From IMG/VR virus record IMGVR_UViG_3300042545_001167, positions 52,710-116,709 of that record: a stretch of 64,000 nucleotides of DNA; one strand, written 5' to 3'. The first letter of the stretch is position 1, and the number at the start of each line of letters is the position of its first letter. Made by a program: the position numbers and the translations under genes. This document shows, in pieces, positions 9,310-19,432 of the stretch. This stretch comes from a virus. Below the pieces are notes generated by a model. That model saw only the letters and a list, made by a program, of their open reading frames with translations, was not told the origin of the DNA and ran no database searches.

Positions 9310-10680
9310 ATGCCAGCAACGAGTTATAGTTTTAAAGATGGTTCTTCTCCTGGTGCCAAAGGATATACAAGCGACCCCTTTCGAGTAAAAGTTGGAAATA
9401 CTGTAACCAATTACACAGTAAAAACTGATGCGAATGTAGATAAAGATGGTAATATTATTGCGTCAAAATTGACATTACAAGATACTGTAACTGCAAGAAG
9501 TGGAAAAACAGAAAGGGCTCTTGCAGTTTCTTTTGATGGTGGAAGAAATTGGTACGATCCCTCTTCTGGTGGAAAATCTAATCTAGTTCCACTTAAACAG
9601 GAAATTTTAACAGCAGAACAAATTAAAGCATTAAAACCTGGAGGATCATTATATACAGGATCTAGACAAGCTGGGCAAACATCTGCACAAAAAGCAGAAG
9701 CAAGCAAACCTCAACAAGAACAATTGGGAGTTGGAAATGTTGCGGAATTGCCGAAAAAAGATGAACAATCAAAAAACTTTGAGGAGACAGAGAACGAAGT
9801 TAATAAAGGTCCTGCGGAAGGAACAAGAGAAAATTACAATGGAACAACTATATTAAAATATCCAGAAAATCTTCAATTAGAACACCAAGATTGTATAAAA
9901 TTTAGCATATTTAAATATGATCCAAGGGGATTGGGTCTTGTAGAAAATAGAGAGAGAAGAAGACTAAACAAAAAAACTCCAATAGGAACAATTGTTCTTC
10001 CCGTCCCTGCAGGAATTAGTGATTCGAATACTGCCGATTGGCAAAAAGATGATCTAGATCTTGCAACTGCAGGAATTTCAGACTTCATTACACAATTTGT
10101 CTCTAAGGGCAAAGATGCGGGTGTTGCATCGGCAAAAGAAACACTTGGTGCATTGAGTGATACTGATTCAAAAACTCTTGCATCAATCGTTGCAGTAAAA
10201 ACTGCCCAAGCAGTAACCAATACAAATGTTCTTTCAAGAGCATATGGGCAGGTCTTAAACCCAAACTCAGAACTATTATTCAGTGGACCATCATTGAGAA
10301 CCTTTAGTTTCTCATTTAGGTTATCACCAAGAAGTGAAAGTGAAGCAAAGATAGTTAGAACTATTATCAGATACTTCAAACAGGCAATGTCAGTTCAAAG
10401 AAGTCAATCCATTCTTCTTCTAAGAGCACCAAATACTTTTGGTATAGAATACCTAACTAGTGGTCAAAATTCACACCCATACTTAAATAAATTTAAGGAG
10501 TGTGCATTAACTCAATGCAATGTTAATTACACTCCTGATGGACAGTACATGACTTATGCTACTGAAAAATCAATGACTTCTTATGAGATGCAATTACAAT
10601 TCCAAGAACTTGAGCCAATCTTTAATGATGATTACACTGACGCTGATAATGGTAAATCAGATTCAAACATAGGTTACTAA
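9310..10680 (+). CDS. gp48: Baseplate tail-tube cap gp48
   Basis: NPNSELLFSGPSLRTFSFSFRLSPRSESEA...VNYTPDG...LQFQELEPI. Confidence 0.9.
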   Translation: MPATSYSFKDGSSPGAKGYTSDPFRVKVGNTVTNYTVKTDANVDKDGNIIASKLTLQDTVTARSGKTERALAVSFDGGRNWYDPSSGGKSNLVPLKQEILTAEQIKALKPGGSLYTGSRQAGQTSAQKAEASKPQQEQLGVGNVAELPKKDEQSKNFEETENEVNKGPAEGTRENYNGTTILKYPENLQLEHQDCIKFSIFKYDPRGLGLVENRERRRLNKKTPIGTIVLPVPAGISDSNTADWQKDDLDLATAGISDFITQFVSKGKDAGVASAKETLGALSDTDSKTLASIVAVKTAQAVTNTNVLSRAYGQVLNPNSELLFSGPSLRTFSFSFRLSPRSESEAKIVRTIIRYFKQAMSVQRSQSILLLRAPNTFGIEYLTSGQNSHPYLNKFKECALTQCNVNYTPDGQYMTYATEKSMTSYEMQLQFQELEPIFNDDYTDADNGKSDSNIGY

Positions 10681-10681
10681 A

Positions 10682-11380
10682 ATGGCAAATCCATATTTCC
10701 GTCAAGTTCCAAATCTTGATTATGTTAGCAGACTTCCAAATGCTAAGATAGGAGACTATATTCAAGTAAAAAATCTTTTCAAGAAAGGAAAATTAAGAGA
10801 AGATATTTTTCAGAACTTAGCATTCTTTGAGAAATACAAGATTCTTGGAGATAACAGACCTGATAATGTTGCATTTGAAGTCTATGGAGATTCAACATTA
10901 GATTGGGTAGTTCTTCTATCAAATAATATTGTAAATATTCAATCAGAATGGCCATTAACACAAAATTCATTTGATGATTGTCTTTTTAACAAGTATATGC
11001 AACAAGATGATTATACTGAAGAAGATGTTTATAATTCAGTCTACAATGGAATACATCACTACGAAACAACCGAAGTAAAAAATAGTCAAGGAGTAGTCAT
11101 TGTTCCTGCAGGTCTCCAAGTCTCTTCAGACTATTCAGTAAGTTATTATGATTACTTTATTGACAATCAAGTTGATAGTGGAAATATTGCAGTGCCTGTC
11201 ACCAATTATGAGTATGAAGAAAGATTGAATAATGATAAAAGAAATATCTACCTTCTCAAATCTACGTACTTAAATATTATTCTTGATGATATGAATGATA
11301 ATATGCAATACAAAAAAGGGTCTTCGCAGTATGTTAGCGAGACCCTTAAGAGAGCAGATAATATCCGTTTAACTAGTTAA
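10682..11380 (+). CDS. gp53: Baseplate wedge gp53
   Basis: YFRQVPNLDY...RPDNVAFEVYGDSTLDWVVLLSNNI...WPL...IHHYET...VTNYEYE. Confidence 0.9.
   Translation: MANPYFRQVPNLDYVSRLPNAKIGDYIQVKNLFKKGKLREDIFQNLAFFEKYKILGDNRPDNVAFEVYGDSTLDWVVLLSNNIVNIQSEWPLTQNSFDDCLFNKYMQQDDYTEEDVYNSVYNGIHHYETTEVKNSQGVVIVPAGLQVSSDYSVSYYDYFIDNQVDSGNIAVPVTNYEYEERLNNDKRNIYLLKSTYLNIILDDMNDNMQYKKGSSQYVSETLKRADNIRLTS
11312..11347 (-). terminator. Intrinsic terminator downstream of gp32, within the 3' end of gp53
   Basis: AAGGGTCT(C/T)...AGACCCTT stem with T-tract on - strand. Confidence 0.55.
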
Positions 11381-12328
11381 TCACTCTTCCGCCAATTTTT
11401 GGAAATAGGAAAGAGCATCATCTTCATCATCATCAACTTCCTTAGTAACTACAGGAAGTGAAGGAGACTTAGAACGAGCATAGGACTGCTCCAGTTCTTC
11501 TACGACACGACTTTCTGCAGTAGGAGTTACTGAATAGGACTCGTAATCATCCTCTTGCTCAACAACAGCACGAGACTGTGCAGGAGCAACTTTCTGACCC
11601 AGAACCATCTTCAGACGACGCTCAAGATCTTCATAAGACTTGAATTGGTCAGGAGCAGTTACTGCAGCAAGAGAATACTCTTTCTTCCAAAGTGCTTCCA
11701 GAGCATCATCGTCATCCAGTAGGGGTTCTACAGGACCAAACTCAGACTTATCATAGTTCCAGTAACCATCTTTCTTGACAATCTTCAGTTTGAAGTTTGC
11801 ACCTTGCCAGAAGTCAAAGGGATTGATAGGAGTCTCATCTTCAAACTCAGGTTGCATAGCTTCCATAACCTTATCAAAGATTTTCTTACCATACTTAAAC
11901 AGGAAGACTTTACCTTCATTTGCAGGATTTACGGGATCCTTTACAACATAGATGTTGGAGTAGTAAGACAGTTTACGCTTCTGCTTACGGACAGTTTCTT
12001 TATTTGATTCAGTGCCAGTGTTCCACAGTTCGCGGTTGTATTCACCAAGAGGATCTTTACCTCCAATGGTGGTGAGAGAGTTCTCAATATACCAACCACC
12101 AGGACCTTGGAAAGCGTGAGAATACATCTTTGCCCAGGGAAGTTCTTCACCTTCAGGGGCGGGCAGGAAACGAATCACTGCGAATCCGTTACCAGTTTTA
12201 TCCATCTCGGGTTTCCAGAGACGCTCATCAGCACCACCAGAAGTAGTGCTCATCTTCTCAACTTCCTTTACCAGTTTGGAAGTGAGGGAACCCAGTTTGG
12301 ATTGTTTTTTGAGATCAGAAAAAGACAT
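11381..12328 (-). CDS. gp32: ssDNA-binding protein gp32
   Basis: DKTGNGFAVIRFLP...GGWYIENSLTT...FKYGKKIFDK...GANFKLK; acidic tail. Confidence 0.95.
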   Translation of the reverse strand: MSFSDLKKQSKLGSLTSKLVKEVEKMSTTSGGADERLWKPEMDKTGNGFAVIRFLPAPEGEELPWAKMYSHAFQGPGGWYIENSLTTIGGKDPLGEYNRELWNTGTESNKETVRKQKRKLSYYSNIYVVKDPVNPANEGKVFLFKYGKKIFDKVMEAMQPEFEDETPINPFDFWQGANFKLKIVKKDGYWNYDKSEFGPVEPLLDDDDALEALWKKEYSLAAVTAPDQFKSYEDLERRLKMVLGQKVAPAQSRAVVEQEDDYESYSVTPTAESRVVEELEQSYARSKSPSLPVVTKEVDDDEDDALSYFQKLAEE

Positions 12329-12375
12329 TTGTATACCTCGGATTAATTGGATTTGGCTTTTGGTACTTCGTTATT

Positions 12376-12720
12376 CTACTTGTCAGAACCAGTTTTGTCA
12401 ATCTGTTCTTTCATTACTTCAAGCATCTTGGACATATTGTTCAAGATGATATTCATATCAGTGCCTGGTGGCATACCCATCATAATTGCAGATTGCGTAA
12501 TGCGTTCTTTCATTTCAATTGCTTCAGGGTCATCAGAAAGACTTAAGCGAGTATAAAGAACTTGCTGTTTACTTAGAAGTTTATCTAAAAGATTAACATG
12601 ACGAATTTTATCATCAGTTGTCATTGTGGGAAATTTAAAGACACTTCCATAAACTTCCTCTTGCAGTTCGGATATTTCTGCCATCTCTGCACGAACAATT
12701 TCAGAATTAAAGAAACTCAT
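12376..12720 (-). CDS. Conserved cyanophage hypothetical protein (DUF1825-like)
   Basis: MSFFNSEIVRAE...RLSLSDDPEA. Confidence 0.6.
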   Translation of the reverse strand: MSFFNSEIVRAEMAEISELQEEVYGSVFKFPTMTTDDKIRHVNLLDKLLSKQQVLYTRLSLSDDPEAIEMKERITQSAIMMGMPPGTDMNIILNNMSKMLEVMKEQIDKTGSDK

Positions 12721-13313
12721 GAATCTCCTAAAATTACTTCTTTCAAAATCTTCCTATAACGAAATACATCAATATTTAGAAAAGGGTTGTACTTTTTAAT
12801 TCTACGACTGACGGTTTCCCATACTGGGTCTTTGAGTTTCTTATCAAAGTTATTACCGTACTGGAAGATTCTATCACAAATCACCAGTGTCTCTAGAGAA
12901 ATCTTCCCGCTCAGGAATTTTTTAAGAAGTGGTGGGTGTCCTTTTGAACAATCAAAGACTTCCTCAAACTTATTTTCTTCAAATATCTTTTGAGTTTCTT
13001 CCTTAAAGACATAAGATAATGATTGAACTTTCTTCTGCCATTCCTTATATCTTGTTTCCCCTTCTTTCATAATCTCTCCAATCCAAAGAGATTCTGGATC
13101 ATTACAAGATACAAAATTTGCAACAAAGAATTCTACGATTTCTTTATCGGTCTTTTGGCGAGTAACCTTTTCAAACCAGAAACGATCTTTACGCTTATAG
13201 AAAGATTGAAGAGTTGCTCTACTTTTACCGCAGTACTTATGATAGTCATAAGAATCTTTTGTAAAGTGATTCTTTAGAGCAAGATATTCGCGATAGGCAT
13301 CAAAGGGCATCAT
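12717..13313 (-). CDS. gp59: Helicase loader gp59
   Basis: YLALKNHFTKDSYDYHKYCGK...FYKRKDRFWFEK...ISLETLVI. Confidence 0.9.
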   Translation of the reverse strand: MMPFDAYREYLALKNHFTKDSYDYHKYCGKSRATLQSFYKRKDRFWFEKVTRQKTDKEIVEFFVANFVSCNDPESLWIGEIMKEGETRYKEWQKKVQSLSYVFKEETQKIFEENKFEEVFDCSKGHPPLLKKFLSGKISLETLVICDRIFQYGNNFDKKLKDPVWETVSRRIKKYNPFLNIDVFRYRKILKEVILGDS

Positions 13314-13367
13314 TAAAAAAGTAATATAGTGATTTTTTGCCGGGAAAAATTTCGCCCCTAAAATGAA

Positions 13368-13625
13368 TTAGAGGGGTAATTTTGCCCTGGAACTTCTCTT
13401 GAGAAAATTAAGTTCCATTGCTTCGTACTTAATCTTTTCCTTAAGAGGTTTAGAAATAAGTTTAGGGACTGACTCCACATCAATACTATTCAGTTCACAA
13501 AAGTGAATGATTGCATCAATGTAACTCATATCCCCATTAATTTGAACAAGATTTTCAATCTCTTGAGCGAATCTTGACGGGCAAAAGAATTTACTTTCCA
13601 GTACCTTTTCTAGTTCATTCTCCAT
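13368..13625 (-). CDS. gp33: Late transcription co-activator gp33
   Basis: SYIDAIIHFCE...KLISKPLKEKIKYEAMELNFL; start taken at MENELEK. Confidence 0.9.
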   Translation of the reverse strand: MENELEKVLESKFFCPSRFAQEIENLVQINGDMSYIDAIIHFCELNSIDVESVPKLISKPLKEKIKYEAMELNFLKRSSRAKLPL

Positions 13626-14295
13626 CTGACCCAGTATTGTGATGTACAAATTTTTTGATATACCGAACTAATAACTTAATATAATCGCCTTTGTTCCTTT
13701 TGTCAAATACTTTAACTTCACCACTAGGAGTAACCATTAAAGTAATCAATTTAACTGGAGCAATATCCGTTAGTTCGTAATAGGCAGCAGCATAAAATGT
13801 TTCTTGAACAAAGTAATTTTCAATCCACTCTTCAGGTTTAATCTTATCCGATGTCTTAAAGTCTATAACTGCAAGTTCTCCTTCATATTCAGCAATACAA
13901 TCAACTCTTCCAGCGAGTCCAAAATATTCTGAGTATAAAGTCCTTTCAATTGCATGAATATTATTTATCTTATCAAGATAAGGCTTAGCATGAATGAACA
14001 TAATCTTTGTCATTGGTTGGTAATTGTTCCAATCCAATTCCTTGTTTTCCAAATAATCCTGACAGACTTGGTGAAAATCTGTTCCTCTTGCAGTTGCTCT
14101 TTTAGTAATACGGTTTGCTTCTTCAAGACCAACTCTTTGTCTCCACTTAACAAAGATGTCCTTGTTATAAAAAGAAGTTACAGAAGTAATAGAAGGCACC
14201 CATTCTCCATTGGGTAGGTTATAGAGACGGATGCTTTCTGTAGTTTTACATTCTAGTTCAATGTCACCCAGATAATTATGATGAATAAAACTCAT
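13615..14295 (-). CDS. RecB-family PD-(D/E)xK exonuclease
   Basis: PSITSV...RGTDFH...AGRVDCIAEY...IDFKTS...YFVQ. Confidence 0.85.
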   Translation of the reverse strand: MSFIHHNYLGDIELECKTTESIRLYNLPNGEWVPSITSVTSFYNKDIFVKWRQRVGLEEANRITKRATARGTDFHQVCQDYLENKELDWNNYQPMTKIMFIHAKPYLDKINNIHAIERTLYSEYFGLAGRVDCIAEYEGELAVIDFKTSDKIKPEEWIENYFVQETFYAAAYYELTDIAPVKLITLMVTPSGEVKVFDKRNKGDYIKLLVRYIKKFVHHNTGSDGE

Positions 14296-15044
14296 AGACC
14301 AGATTCCATTTTTGCAATAATATACTCTTTAACAAATCCAGAGCGGACAATATCTCCTACACCAAATTCAACAATATCAATTGAAGGCATTACACGGAGA
14401 ATCTTCATAAAATCAATAATACCATTCTTTTCGTTTGTTTTAACTAAGTCAGATTGAGTGGCATCACCACAGAACATAATCTTAGAATTTTCACCAACAC
14501 GAGTAATGATACTATCAAGTTCGTGAAAGTTTAGATTCTGAAACTCATCTACAATAATGATTGCATTGTCCAGAGTAGTTCCCCTAATAAAAGAAGTACT
14601 CCAAAAACTAATCGTTCCTTGAGTTTTGAGGTTTCCATATAGCATTTCGAACGATGCTTCATCAGGCAACTCAAACATATACTTCACCATATTCTTATAG
14701 GGAATTTGGTAAAGAGAAGACTTATCTTCATGGTCTCCAGGAAGGAAACCAATCTCACGAGTTGCAACAAGAGACCTTACAATATAGATTTTCTCATAAG
14801 GAGTTTTTTCATCAAGAACATCTTTTAGAGCATTATACAAGGTAATAAATGTCTTACCTGTACCAGCACATCCATAAGCAACAATATTTTGTTCTAACTT
14901 ATAAGACTTAAATAGTGCTTCTTGATTATCTGTGAGAGGTTCAATATCTCTTATAATATCAAGACTAATTGGTTTTTTCCTTTTCATTTGCCTATTACTC
15001 ATACCAAAAGGAACTGGATTCTTGGGAGTATTTTTTCTTGCCAT
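14292..15044 (-). CDS. phoH: PhoH family ATPase
   Basis: Walker A GCAGTGKT, REIGFLPG, FIRGTT, VDEFQN, GDATQSD, DIVRSGFV. Confidence 0.95.
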   Translation of the reverse strand: MARKNTPKNPVPFGMSNRQMKRKKPISLDIIRDIEPLTDNQEALFKSYKLEQNIVAYGCAGTGKTFITLYNALKDVLDEKTPYEKIYIVRSLVATREIGFLPGDHEDKSSLYQIPYKNMVKYMFELPDEASFEMLYGNLKTQGTISFWSTSFIRGTTLDNAIIIVDEFQNLNFHELDSIITRVGENSKIMFCGDATQSDLVKTNEKNGIIDFMKILRVMPSIDIVEFGVGDIVRSGFVKEYIIAKMESGL

Positions 15045-15052
15045 AATAAGAG

Positions 15053-15373
15053 TCAGATAGATTTTACTTTTGAACCAGGAACCTTTGATGCTCTATGAAG
15101 AACATCATTCCAGCCTGGATGGGATTTCTTCAGTCTATCATAAACTTCTCCCAGTTCTCCTGAACTTGGGCAAGTAGATGGATCAGACCAATCTCTATCC
15201 CACTCTGGATTGTCCTTTTTCCATTGATCCCAATCATGAACACTCATTACAACATCTTTTTGTTCACCAGTTTCTTTATTAATAACAGGATAAGTTGCCA
15301 ACTTTATTACTCCATAGTATGTAAGGGTATTTATTCTATGCAAATAGAGGGTGCATCCACACATTCTGTACAA
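15053..15373 (-). CDS. Conserved cyanophage hypothetical protein (true start probably ~15301)
   Basis: ATYPVINKETGEQKDV...PGWNDVL. Confidence 0.55.
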   Translation of the reverse strand: MYRMCGCTLYLHRINTLTYYGVIKLATYPVINKETGEQKDVVMSVHDWDQWKKDNPEWDRDWSDPSTCPSSGELGEVYDRLKKSHPGWNDVLHRASKVPGSKVKSI

Positions 15374-16044
15374 CCTTCACGAGTCCATTCAAGTGCAGAA
15401 GATACAGCAGGAAACTGACAAGTAAAGAGGCAACGAATTGCTTCTGCAATATCCTTATGTTCTTTCTGAGTACCGTGTGCTGAGCGAAGGTCGATATAGT
15501 GAATCCAGGACCTCACAGAACCCGTCATATAGAGGCGTGTAGGCGTTGCAAGAGGCAGGACGAACCTTGCACACTCCTTTGCCACTCCTGCCTCTAGGAG
15601 GCGGTCATAGAGTCTCTGAGCAGCAGCAAAATGAATCCTAATATCTTCAAGCAATGTCAGTTTCAGATAATCGCCCATATCATTAATTGAGTTCTGGCGA
15701 TTCTTTGTATCCTGACGACGAAGTTCTGGTAGAGGAATAGTTCCACCAAGCAGATTCGTATCTGCATATCGTTGAGAAAACTCCTGAAATGTAAATGACC
15801 TGTGTCGCAGTATCTGAGCTGCAATACCACGAGTCGTATTAATCTCAACAGTCATTGTTGCCTGTTCAAAAATACTCCAGTGTTGGTGCTTAATACAATA
15901 CTTAAGTAATCCAGAGAAATTATCATTCTCTTGATTGTTTGGATTACTTACACGAGCACAATATGCCATGTGCTTCTCTGCATCAGGAGTAACACTAATT
16001 AGTTTTACTTCTGGTTTCATAAGTTCGTAGTCTTCAAACTTCAT
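15331..16044 (-). CDS. thyX: Flavin-dependent thymidylate synthase
   Basis: HWSIFE, QILRHRSFTFQEFSQRY motif, KECARFVLP, TQKEH; start approximate. Confidence 0.95.
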   Translation of the reverse strand: MKFEDYELMKPEVKLISVTPDAEKHMAYCARVSNPNNQENDNFSGLLKYCIKHQHWSIFEQATMTVEINTTRGIAAQILRHRSFTFQEFSQRYADTNLLGGTIPLPELRRQDTKNRQNSINDMGDYLKLTLLEDIRIHFAAAQRLYDRLLEAGVAKECARFVLPLATPTRLYMTGSVRSWIHYIDLRSAHGTQKEHKDIAEAIRCLFTCQFPAVSSALEWTREGCTECVDAPSICIE

Positions 16045-16207
16045 CGTCATAAAATACTTCGTCGTAATCTGCAATGTACTGAGAAATCTGTTCGTATGGT
16101 AGAGGTTTATATTCATCTACATCTACATCAGAACAAATCTCTGACTTAAGACATTCTACCAGAGATTCAAGATTTTGTACAATTAACTTAAGCTTTTCTT
16201 GATCCAT
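16034..16207 (-). CDS. Small acidic hypothetical protein (57 aa; not in ORF track)
   Basis: Manual translation MDQEKLKLIVQNLESLVECLKSEICSD...YDEVFYDDEV; TTGACT/TATAAT promoter upstream. Confidence 0.6.
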   Translation of the reverse strand: MDQEKLKLIVQNLESLVECLKSEICSDVDVDEYKPLPYEQISQYIADYDEVFYDDEV

Positions 16208-16239
16208 TCATATCAACCCGGACAAAGGTAATTATACAC

Positions 16240-16270
16240 AAAAAAAGAGGGGTAGTCAAGTACCCCTCTT
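16240..16270 (-). terminator. Intrinsic terminator
   Basis: AAGAGGGGTA-loop-TACCCCTCTT followed by T-tract on - strand. Confidence 0.7.
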
Positions 16271-16272
16271 TC

Positions 16273-16593
16273 TCAATCTCTTTGTCTCCAGTCATCTGGT
16301 TTATCTTCAGTGAAGAAATCTATAATATCATCAACTGTATTAAATCCAGATACTCCTTTGGACTCATGACCAATTCCACCAATATCAAGTTGGTTCAAAA
16401 AATCATCTAATCCACCTTCTTGCATATCAGGATTTTCTGCTTTACGTCTTGCCTGACGAAGCAGTGTGCCAGCACTTCTATTTGCCTGAGCAAGTTTCTC
16501 TGCCCAGATCATCTCACTTAATTCTACCGATTCACCTTTTACAATTCGTTCACATATTGCTTCAAGTCGAAGACGATATTGTGTAGAGAGCAT
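16273..16593 (-). CDS. Conserved cyanophage hypothetical protein
   Basis: 106 aa MLSTQYRLRLE...DDWRQRD. Confidence 0.6.
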   Translation of the reverse strand: MLSTQYRLRLEAICERIVKGESVELSEMIWAEKLAQANRSAGTLLRQARRKAENPDMQEGGLDDFLNQLDIGGIGHESKGVSGFNTVDDIIDFFTEDKPDDWRQRD

Positions 16594-16622
16594 AAACTTT
16601 ACCAGATATAGTGTTATTTATT

Positions 16623-16949
16623 TTAGCGTTCAATATAACTCAGAGTATGATTCTGAGCATAAAGTTGTTGGATAATGATGTCACAACCAATCTTAGGATT
16701 GCAATCACCACAAGTGTAGACATCAACTGCTGCTTTACCTTCTTCAGGCCAAGTATGAATTGAGATATGACTTTCTGAAAGCAAACAAATAACGGTGACT
16801 CCTTGTGGTTCAAACTTCTTTGAGATAGTCTGAATCACAGTAGCACCGCTTGCAACTGCTGCGTTTTCTAGTAAGTCTATAAGACAACGCTCGTTATCCA
16901 AAAGGACAAACGAGCATCCGTACAAGTTAAGTAAGTAATGCTTCCCCAT
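16623..16949 (-). CDS. speD: S-adenosylmethionine decarboxylase proenzyme
   Basis: GKH...FEPQGVT...LSESHISIHTWPE...DVYTCG. Confidence 0.95.
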   Translation of the reverse strand: MGKHYLLNLYGCSFVLLDNERCLIDLLENAAVASGATVIQTISKKFEPQGVTVICLLSESHISIHTWPEEGKAAVDVYTCGDCNPKIGCDIIIQQLYAQNHTLSYIER

Positions 16950-16953
16950 CAGA

Positions 16954-17139
16954 CTATGGATTCTCCTCTGCTTCTTTAATTAGTTCACTCACATATGTCT
17001 CAGTTCCATCCATAGTCCTAACTGTAAACAGAGGAGACTTCATATATTTTTTGACTTTTTTATACTTCTTCAGTAATTTTTTAACTTCATCTTTATAGAT
17101 TGATACTTCAATCTTTTCTTCACTAAAACCTTCACTCAT
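16954..17139 (-). CDS. Hypothetical protein
   Basis: 61 aa ORF packed in operon. Confidence 0.55.
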   Translation of the reverse strand: MSEGFSEEKIEVSIYKDEVKKLLKKYKKVKKYMKSPLFTVRTMDGTETYVSELIKEAEENP

Positions 17140-17504
17140 TTTCTTTTCTTTTTTTCTTCAGGTGCTTTGTAACCCCATAGTTTGGGATTAACTCTTCCAT
17201 AACCAAAGTCAATTTTTTGAATAGAACCTGGACCATATTTGTCATAGTACATATCAAAAAGACTTACTTTTTTCGCTGCACGACAAAGATCAATACATTC
17301 TTTACCATCAACAACATACCAAACTAGATATGCATCGCTGGGAAAAGAAGCATCTTTTGTTTTTTCAATTGCAGTTTTTTCTAAAAGAATCTCACAACCA
17401 TACTGAGAAGGAACAATATAATTTTCATTTACCTTATCCAATTGTTGCTCCTCCTGTTCATTTCTTACAACATTACGAAGTCTGCTCACGAACGACCACC
17501 CCAA
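17136..17504 (-). CDS. Hypothetical protein
   Basis: Tightly packed ORF; start uncertain. Confidence 0.55.
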   Translation of the reverse strand: MGWSFVSRLRNVVRNEQEEQQLDKVNENYIVPSQYGCEILLEKTAIEKTKDASFPSDAYLVWYVVDGKECIDLCRAAKKVSLFDMYYDKYGPGSIQKIDFGYGRVNPKLWGYKAPEEKKKRK

Positions 17505-18064
17505 GTAATTTCAGGATATGCACTCTTTACAATTTCATGATTGATTTTATATTTATCAACAAGTCTTCCATCTTTAACAAGAATCAAAAGTTCTGCTTCT
17601 TTCGGATGAAGACCCTGAAGAAGATTGATAAACATCATCTCTCTACGAATAGTAGAAAGTGTATTATTACCACCCTTTACATAGTGATAAAGATTTTGAT
17701 ATTCTTTACGCAAAGAAGTGCGTCCCCTACCATCTAAATCTTGTCCAGTAGCAGATTCGCCACCAACTGCTTCTCTAGATAGATTTTGTGACAGAGTTCC
17801 AGAATATACATTCTGATCCTTTAGGTCTCCATAAGGAACATCTCCTTCAGGAAGAAGAGAGATTACAGTATCATCAAAATTCCAAATAAAAATAGTCTTA
17901 AGAGAATCGTGTTCGTAGGTTTTAAGAACCTCAATTTTCTTTTCTGTAGAACGTTGCTTAGAAGCAAGTTCTAGAATTTCAAAAACAAATGGATTGGAAG
18001 GAAGACTGTCAATAGGTTTTTCAGTCGTCTTCTTCGTCTTCGTCGTAGTCATAGTCATTCTCAA
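17486..18064 (-). CDS. Conserved T4-like hypothetical protein
   Basis: LPEGDVPY...RREMMFINLLQGLHPKEAELL. Confidence 0.65.
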   Translation of the reverse strand: MRMTMTTTKTKKTTEKPIDSLPSNPFVFEILELASKQRSTEKKIEVLKTYEHDSLKTIFIWNFDDTVISLLPEGDVPYGDLKDQNVYSGTLSQNLSREAVGGESATGQDLDGRGRTSLRKEYQNLYHYVKGGNNTLSTIRREMMFINLLQGLHPKEAELLILVKDGRLVDKYKINHEIVKSAYPEITWGGRS

Positions 18065-18251
18065 ATCGTACTGCTAAAATTTCATCAGGAATAATATTCC
18101 CATTTTCATCAAACATCTCTGGATGTGTGTTTAGTGAAGCAATATAATTTCTTTCATAGAAATGTTGCTTTGCCATCCATCCTAACATACCACCAACAAA
18201 AAAGAACATTATTGAAACTAATGTGCCGATGGTTAGAGTTACTGCTAACAT
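18021..18251 (-). CDS. Small membrane protein with HPEM motif
   Basis: N-terminal TM, HPEMFDENGN. Confidence 0.6.
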   Translation of the reverse strand: MLAVTLTIGTLVSIMFFFVGGMLGWMAKQHFYERNYIASLNTHPEMFDENGNIIPDEILAVRFENDYDYDEDEEDD

Positions 18252-18269
18252 TTTTCTTTCTCCAGAGAG

Positions 18270-18512
18270 TTATTTTTTTCTAATATCGAAGTGAAATTCA
18301 ATGAAGAAATGAAACTCTCTACGAAAGAGAGAAATCATTTTACCAAACTTCACTTGAAAAGTTTTTGGCTTTGATGACTCTCTCTTCCTCCTATTCCTAA
18401 GTAACAGTTCAACACCCCGATTAATCTGGGGTTCTGGTTTATTTAGTTTGTTTTTTCCTTCTTCCCGGTCGTTTATCATAATTATATTTCCAAGCGTCTT
18501 CAAGAATTGCAT
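18270..18512 (-). CDS. Hypothetical protein
   Basis: Basic ORF; start uncertain. Confidence 0.45.
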   Translation of the reverse strand: MQFLKTLGNIIMINDREEGKNKLNKPEPQINRGVELLLRNRRKRESSKPKTFQVKFGKMISLFRREFHFFIEFHFDIRKK

Positions 18513-18798
18513 AAAGATAATTTCTTATCTTTCTTGCTTGCGGTTTTGGAATATGACCATAACCTTCACGCAATTGTTTATGTATTTCATCAGCACCACC
18601 TTCTAGGTATTCGTCCAGATCCATAACAAGATTACTAATCTCACTTGCGGTGGCACTTTCAATAAACTCTTCTACCTCACGCCTAAGTGTTCCACGAATT
18701 TTTAAGTAATCATAAAACTTCAAAACAAATTGTCCATTGAAAGCAAGATCGATTGCCTTTTCAACATCAAAATAAACTTCGTGAAAAGTAGATTCCAT
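18439..18798 (-). CDS. Hypothetical protein
   Basis: 119 aa, adjacent to glutaredoxin. Confidence 0.6.
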   Translation of the reverse strand: MESTFHEVYFDVEKAIDLAFNGQFVLKFYDYLKIRGTLRREVEEFIESATASEISNLVMDLDEYLEGGADEIHKQLREGYGHIPKPQARKIRNYLYAILEDAWKYNYDKRPGRRKKQTK

Positions 18799-19037
18799 TA
18801 GACTAGATTTTGCTCCTTAAGATATTGAACAGTGTCTGTACATCCACCAAGATGTGTTTGATCATTCAGGATAACTTGAGGAAATGTAGAACCTTCTCCA
18901 AATTCAGAATAAAATCCTTCACGATCAAAATTAGTCCCTAGGGTATAAACTACATGCTCAAGATTTGCCAACTCTAACACCTGCTTAATTTTGCTGCAAT
19001 AGGGGCAACCGTCTTTTGAATAAACTGTAAATTTCAT
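18798..19037 (-). CDS. nrdC: Glutaredoxin
   Basis: CPYC, TFPQV, LGG. Confidence 0.92.
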   Translation of the reverse strand: MKFTVYSKDGCPYCSKIKQVLELANLEHVVYTLGTNFDREGFYSEFGEGSTFPQVILNDQTHLGGCTDTVQYLKEQNLV

Positions 19038-19060
19038 GATTGTTAAGTATATAAGATAAT

Positions 19061-19348
19061 TTATACGATTACAGGTTCTGCCATACTTTCGGGCAAAACA
19101 TTTTGTGCTTCAAGTTGTTTATCATCTTCCATTCTTGTTGATGGAATATTTACAACTTGATCAAGAAGAATTTTAACTTGCTTGTAAGTCCTCCCCTCTG
19201 CAAAAGATACCATCAGCATGGCATCATGAATTGTTGCAGTATCACAAATTTTCTTACCATTCCTATCAAAGACTGAATAGTGATCAGTATATTCAATCTG
19301 TTGAAGTTTTTGTATCTGATTCATTTGATGTAGATGGTGGCTTCTCAT
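19061..19348 (-). CDS. Hypothetical protein
   Basis: 95 aa ORF. Confidence 0.5.
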   Translation of the reverse strand: MRSHHLHQMNQIQKLQQIEYTDHYSVFDRNGKKICDTATIHDAMLMVSFAEGRTYKQVKILLDQVVNIPSTRMEDDKQLEAQNVLPESMAEPVIV

Positions 19349-19432
19349 TATAGGTCTTTTTTGGCATATTGTAAAGACCAGGCCAAGTGTCTCTAATAAT
19401 TTCTGCGAGTTTGTATGGAGTTGTTGAATTTA

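Noticed and set aside
9411-10379. 98-aa and 168-aa - strand ORFs
   Set aside because: Antisense shadows of gp48
13328-13362. TTTTTTGCCGGGAAAAAT element between gp33 and gp59
   Set aside because: Only a weak A/T-tract hairpin seen once; no function can be supported
13615-14295. Cas4/CRISPR adaptation gene
   Set aside because: No Fe-S cysteine cluster; this is the core T4-like cyanophage exonuclease next to phoH
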